Shown one piece after another: positions 59,736 through 64,000 of a DNA stretch of 64,000 nucleotides (positions within the stretch are counted from its first letter, which is position 1; the number at the start of each line of letters is the position of its first letter). Origin of the DNA: an uncultured Bacillota bacterium (lineage in GTDB: Bacteria > Sysuimicrobiota > Sysuimicrobiia > Sysuimicrobiales > Segetimicrobiaceae); NCBI GenBank assembly GCA_963804645.1, contig CAWDRG010000010.1, forward strand, positions 96,001 through 160,000. Reading direction: 5' to 3'. The notes below the pieces were generated by a model that saw nothing but the letters and a program-made list of their open reading frames with translations, was not told the origin of the DNA and made no database searches. The position numbers were made by a program, and so were the translations under genes.

Positions 59736-60260
59736 CCGCGCGGACGCCTTCGCGCGCCGCCGGCGGTAGAGCTTTCTCGTGAGCAGGATCTGCCCGGTGT
59801 GGTAGGCGTCGTGCGCCGCTTCCCCGAGCAGCAGCTGGATCGCCGAATAGCGCGGGCCCCCGGCCGCGTCGAACGCCTCCGGCGACAGCGCACCTATCGT
59901 GGTCTGGAGATCTCGATGGAGCCGCTCGAGCATCGCCAGCGCGCGGCGAAGCTCCGCGGCGGTCCGGCCCGCACGCGGCCACGCCTGGTTCGTCTGCCGG
60001 CTGCGTCCCCGCACGCGCTCGAGGACGTAGCGCTTCCAGTACGCAACGTGGTTGATCTGCTCCCACACGGAGTGGACGCCGCGCCCGGGAGTCCACCGCG
60101 CCTCCGCCAGCGATACGCCGCGCAGCGCGGCCCGCAGGCCCCGGTGACCCCAGTTGCGCCGCGCGAAGGTGTCCTCGCGAAACCTCACCAGATCGCGCCG
60201 CGCGAGCGCGTCCGTCCTCGGACGCGCGGGGCCCCGCGTGTTGCGCCCTCCCTCGGCCAC
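59730..60260 (-). CDS. DinB-family protein
   Basis: HSVWEQINHVAYW, AHDAYHTGQI. Confidence 0.82.
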   Translation of the reverse strand: MAEGGRNTRGPARPRTDALARRDLVRFREDTFARRNWGHRGLRAALRGVSLAEARWTPGRGVHSVWEQINHVAYWKRYVLERVRGRSRQTNQAWPRAGRTAAELRRALAMLERLHRDLQTTIGALSPEAFDAAGGPRYSAIQLLLGEAAHDAYHTGQILLTRKLYRRRRAKASARL

Positions 60261-60274
60261 CGCCGCGCCTCCCG

Positions 60275-61198
60275 TCAGCCGGCGGCCGTCTTGCCGGTCG
60301 ACCGGCTCAAGTAGCCCCGCGCCTCCAGGAACCCTTCGATCCGCTCGAGTTGCCGCAGCGTCTCGTCGTCCGCCACGGCCCCCGGATGACGGACGGTCGC
60401 GCTGCGGATCGCCCCGAGCCGCGCCAGCACCGCCTTGCGGAGCGACACGCCGAGTCCCGGCTGAAACTCGAAGCGAATCAGCGGCAGGATCGTGTAGAAC
60501 AGATCCGCCGCCTTATCGATCTCGCCCGCGCGGTGCAGCGTGTACAGACGCACCAGCAGATCCTGGTACACAAATCCCGTCATGATCCCGCACGCGCCGC
60601 GTTCGAGCTCCTCCAGCGCGTACAGGCCGCCGTAGGCGCCGAAGATGCCGAGCGACGCTCCGGCGAGGCTTCGGACCCGGTCGATTTTGGGACCGGTCGG
60701 CGGGTCTTCGAGCTTCACATACTGGACCTGTGTGATCTCCTTATAGAGGCGCGCCAGCAGCGGCGGCGACAGCATGACGCGCGTGGCGATCGGACAGTCG
60801 TGCACGATGATCGGGACGCTGACCGCCTCACCAATCCGCCGATAGTACTCGAAGATCACCTCGTCACTCTGCACCGGGAGCGGGCCGACCAACAGCGCGT
60901 CTGCCCCGAGATCGACGGCGCGCCGGCTCGCGTGAATCGCGGCGTCGGTCCCGTTGGCAAAGACGCCCGCGACCAGGGTATGCGTGCGCGGCAGGGCCTC
61001 GCGGAACAGTCGGACGACCTGCTCGCGCTCCGCGTCGATCAGCCGGTCGACCTCGCCCATGACACCGAGAATCGCGAGTCCGTTCACGCCGCGATTCACC
61101 ATGAACGCGGTCATCGTCCGGATGCTGTGCGCGTCGATCGCCCCACGCTCGTCGAACGGCGTCGGTACGATCGGATAGATCCCCGCCAACATCCGCAT
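60275..61198 (-). CDS. Dihydrodipicolinate-synthase-family aldolase/dehydratase
   Basis: GIYPIVPTPF, LGVMGE, Schiff-base Lys in YVKLED, GIMTG; RBS GGAGG. Confidence 0.88.
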   Translation of the reverse strand: MRMLAGIYPIVPTPFDERGAIDAHSIRTMTAFMVNRGVNGLAILGVMGEVDRLIDAEREQVVRLFREALPRTHTLVAGVFANGTDAAIHASRRAVDLGADALLVGPLPVQSDEVIFEYYRRIGEAVSVPIIVHDCPIATRVMLSPPLLARLYKEITQVQYVKLEDPPTGPKIDRVRSLAGASLGIFGAYGGLYALEELERGACGIMTGFVYQDLLVRLYTLHRAGEIDKAADLFYTILPLIRFEFQPGLGVSLRKAVLARLGAIRSATVRHPGAVADDETLRQLERIEGFLEARGYLSRSTGKTAAG

Positions 61199-61500
61199 CC
61201 CTCCCCAACGGCCTCCGCGCTGTCGATCGCGGCGGCGGTGCGGGCCCACCGAAGTCGTCTGGCCGCACGAGCACCTCAAGCGGCGACCGGCCGGCTCGCG
61301 CGCGAACGCGACAGCGATGGGTATTTGGGTATTATGGTTGAACGCGGTCCGGATCGTCCCCTCCAGCAAGACCGGTCGACGGACGGAGGGGTTCCCGCGG
61401 CCGGGGCGAATTCGAGGGCACGCGGCGACGTGCGCGATCATCCGCACGCCGGCGGCCGTCGGCGTCCGCGTGTCTGTCCACGCTGGTGGAGGCGATCGCT

Positions 61501-63816
61501 GTGGCTCAAGATCTGCGCCCGCACACATCGCATTGGGGGACGTTCAGCGCGGAGGTGCGGGACGGCGCCATCACGGCCATTCTCCCGTACGCGCGCGACG
61601 CCGATCCATCCCCGCTCCTTCAAAACATCCAGGGCAGCGTCCGGCACCGGACGCGGATCGCGCAGCCGATGGTACGGGCCGGGTGGCTCGACCGGGGTCC
61701 CGGACCGGACGCGCGCCGCGGGGCCGAGCCGTTCGTGCCCGTCGGGTGGGAGACCGTCACCAACCTGCTCGCGGCCGAGCTGCGCCGCGTCATCGACGCC
61801 GACGGGCCGCAGGCGGTCTACGGAGGCTCCTACGGATGGGGCAGCGCAGGCCGGTTCCATCACGCCCAGAGCCAGCTCCATCGGTTCCTGAACTGTCTCG
61901 GCGGCTACGTGGGGTCGGTCAACACCTACAGCATGGGCGCCTCGGCCGTGATCATGCCCCACGTCGTCGGCCTCCACGGCGAACTGACACAGCGGGCGAC
62001 CTCCTGGCCCCTGCTCGTCGCCAACACGCAGCTGATGGTCTGCTTCGGGGGCATTCCCCTCAAGAACGCCGCGGTCCAGTCGGGCGGCCTGAGCCGCCAT
62101 GCCGTGCGCGACCACCTGCGCGCCGCGGCCGACCGCGGCGTGGACTTCGTCCTCTTCAGCCCGGTGCGCGACGACCTGCCGGAGTTTCTGCCCGTCGAGT
62201 GGCACCCGCTCGTGCCCGGGACGGACACCGCCGTGATGCTCGGTCTCGCCCACACGCTGATCACCGAGGGGCTGCACGACCGCCCGTTCCTGGACCGCTA
62301 CTGCGTCGGCTTCGAGCGGTTCGAGCGCTATGTGCTCGGCCTCGACGACGGACGTCCCAAAACTCCGGAGTGGGCCGCACCGCTGTCGGGGATCCCGGCC
62401 GACGCGCTGCGCGCGCTCGCCCGCCGCATGGCGGGCTCCCGCACGCTCGTCACGGTCAGCTGGTCGCTGCAGCGCGCCGACCACGGCGAGCAGGTGCCGT
62501 GGATGGGCGTCACGCTGGCGGCGATGCTCGGCCAGATCGGGCTGCCGGGCGGGGGCTTCGGTTTCGGGTACGGCTCGGTCCAGGGAGTCGGCGGCCCGAT
62601 CTACGTGGGAATGCCGGCCCTGCCGCAGGGGCGAAACCGGGTCGACGCGTTCATCCCCGTGGCCCGGATCTCGGACATGCTGCTGCATCCCGGGGAGATG
62701 TTCGACTACGACGGCCGCCGGCTGGTGTACCCGAGCATCAAGCTGGTGTACTGGTGCGGCGGCAATCCGTTTCACCATCATCAGGACCTCGGCCGCCTGC
62801 GCCGCGCGCTCGCGCGCCCGGAGACCATCGTCGTGCACGACCCGTTCTGGACGTCGATGGCGCGGCACGCCGACATCGTGCTCCCCTCGACGATGACCCT
62901 GGAGCGCAACGACATCGGCGGCTCGCTGCACGACCCGTGTCTCGTCGCGATGCACCAGGCCGTGGCGCCGTACGCGCAGTCGCGGAACGATTACGATACC
63001 TTCACCGCGGCGGCCGCGGCGCTCGGGGTCGGCGAGCAGTTCACCGAAGGACGCTCCGAGATGGCGTGGATCGCGCACCTGTACGACGGCTGGCGCGAGG
63101 GGGTCGCGCAGTTTGGCGTGCACCTCCCGGTGTTTGAGGAGTTTTGGCGCGCCGGGTTCTTCGAGCTTCCGCAGACGGAAGACTCCAGGATCCTGTTCGG
63201 CGCGTTCAGGGACGACCCGGAGCGCGCTCCGCTGAACACGCCGAGCGGCCGCATCGAGATCTTCTCCTCGACGATCGACGGGTTTCACTACGACGACTGC
63301 GCCGGGCATCCGACGTGGTACGAGCCGGCGGAATGGCTCGGATCGCCGGCGGCCGAGCGGTTCCCGCTCGTGCTGGTCGCCAACAATCCCCGGACGCGAC
63401 TGCACAGCCAGCTCGACATGGGCGAGTTCAGCCGATCATCCAAGGTCCAGGGACGCGAGCCGGTCCGGATGCATCCGGACGATGCCGCGGCCAGGGGGAT
63501 CGCGGACGGCGACGTGGTGCGCCTCTTCAACGACCGCGGCAGCTGCCTCGCCGGGGCGGTGCTGAGCCGCGACGTGCGGCGGAGCGTCGTGCAGCTCTCG
63601 ACCGGAGCCTGGTACGATCCGCTGGACCCGACCGACCCGGGGTCCATGTGCGTGCACGGGAACCCCAACGTCCTCACGCGGGACCAGGGCACGTCGAAGC
63701 TGGCCCAGGGCTGCGCGGGCCAGCACTCGCTCGTGGAGGTCGAACGGTGGGACCGCCCGCTGCCGCCGATCCGCGTGCTGGAGCCGCCGCCGGTGCAGGT
63801 GCGCGACGGGCGCTGA
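61501..63816 (+). CDS. bisC: Cytoplasmic molybdopterin S/N-oxide reductase (biotin sulfoxide reductase-like)
   Basis: SHWG, YGGSYGW, TYS (Mo-ligand Ser), QRADHGE, GGNPFHHHQD, RLHSQL; no Tat signal and no Fe-S motif; RBS favours the GTG at 61501. Confidence 0.85.
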   Translation: MAQDLRPHTSHWGTFSAEVRDGAITAILPYARDADPSPLLQNIQGSVRHRTRIAQPMVRAGWLDRGPGPDARRGAEPFVPVGWETVTNLLAAELRRVIDADGPQAVYGGSYGWGSAGRFHHAQSQLHRFLNCLGGYVGSVNTYSMGASAVIMPHVVGLHGELTQRATSWPLLVANTQLMVCFGGIPLKNAAVQSGGLSRHAVRDHLRAAADRGVDFVLFSPVRDDLPEFLPVEWHPLVPGTDTAVMLGLAHTLITEGLHDRPFLDRYCVGFERFERYVLGLDDGRPKTPEWAAPLSGIPADALRALARRMAGSRTLVTVSWSLQRADHGEQVPWMGVTLAAMLGQIGLPGGGFGFGYGSVQGVGGPIYVGMPALPQGRNRVDAFIPVARISDMLLHPGEMFDYDGRRLVYPSIKLVYWCGGNPFHHHQDLGRLRRALARPETIVVHDPFWTSMARHADIVLPSTMTLERNDIGGSLHDPCLVAMHQAVAPYAQSRNDYDTFTAAAAALGVGEQFTEGRSEMAWIAHLYDGWREGVAQFGVHLPVFEEFWRAGFFELPQTEDSRILFGAFRDDPERAPLNTPSGRIEIFSSTIDGFHYDDCAGHPTWYEPAEWLGSPAAERFPLVLVANNPRTRLHSQLDMGEFSRSSKVQGREPVRMHPDDAAARGIADGDVVRLFNDRGSCLAGAVLSRDVRRSVVQLSTGAWYDPLDPTDPGSMCVHGNPNVLTRDQGTSKLAQGCAGQHSLVEVERWDRPLPPIRVLEPPPVQVRDGR

Positions 63817-63867
63817 GCGCCCGCCGCGCTCGCGCGCACGACGGGAGCGCCCCCGCTCCCGCGCCGT

Positions 63868-64000
63868 TCAGCGCACGCCGGCGCGCCCGAGCCCGGACTT
63901 GACGAGCTCGATCAGCGCGATCTCGCTGGTTTCCGACGTGGGCGTGTCGAGCACGATCTCGCCCGCGAACAGGAAGTTGAGGCGGTCGCACACTTCAAAG
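63868..64000 (-). CDS. C-terminus of an ABC ATP-binding protein (sugar-type), truncated by window
   Basis: Reads FEVCDRLNFLFAGEIVLDTPTSETSEIALIELVKSG..., resembling the post-H-loop end of ABC ATPases. Confidence 0.6.
   Translation of the reverse strand, partial: FEVCDRLNFLFAGEIVLDTPTSETSEIALIELVKSGLGRAGVR

Noticed and set aside
61501..63816. Periplasmic TorA/DmsA respiratory reductase
   Set aside because: No Tat signal, no Fe-S motif and no partner subunits; YGW fits the BisC/DorA type
1..64000. CRISPR array, tRNA/rRNA, IS elements, prophage or defence genes
   Set aside because: None recognised by reading; a small RNA could have been missed without covariance searches

Overview
High-GC (roughly 70% by eye) bacterial chromosomal segment with about 50 CDS. 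I saw no rRNA, tRNA, CRISPR array, integrase or transposase. Most of it is catabolic and transport genes: an mntR-mntH manganese locus with a clear operator, two Tat-exported family-5 ABC cassettes lacking ATPases, a Liv-type ABC system, hydantoinase/oxoprolinase A+B, an E1alpha/E1beta pair with no E2/E3, many oxidoreductases and a BisC-like molybdoenzyme. About 15 small frameshifts between 10 and 37.5 kb look like long-read indel errors. The most unusual part is 25.4-35.6 kb. The 3' 222 nt of a redoxin gene is duplicated downstream as a decayed copy. That copy is split cleanly by a 560-bp AT-rich (~40-45% GC) single-gene SRPBCC insert with no target-site duplication and no mobility gene. Next come a small conserved membrane-anchored protein and a ~2,180-aa PEP-CTERM surface protein built from two fused repeat modules with mosaic ~600-bp repeats. 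All family calls come from reading motifs; no database searches were run.
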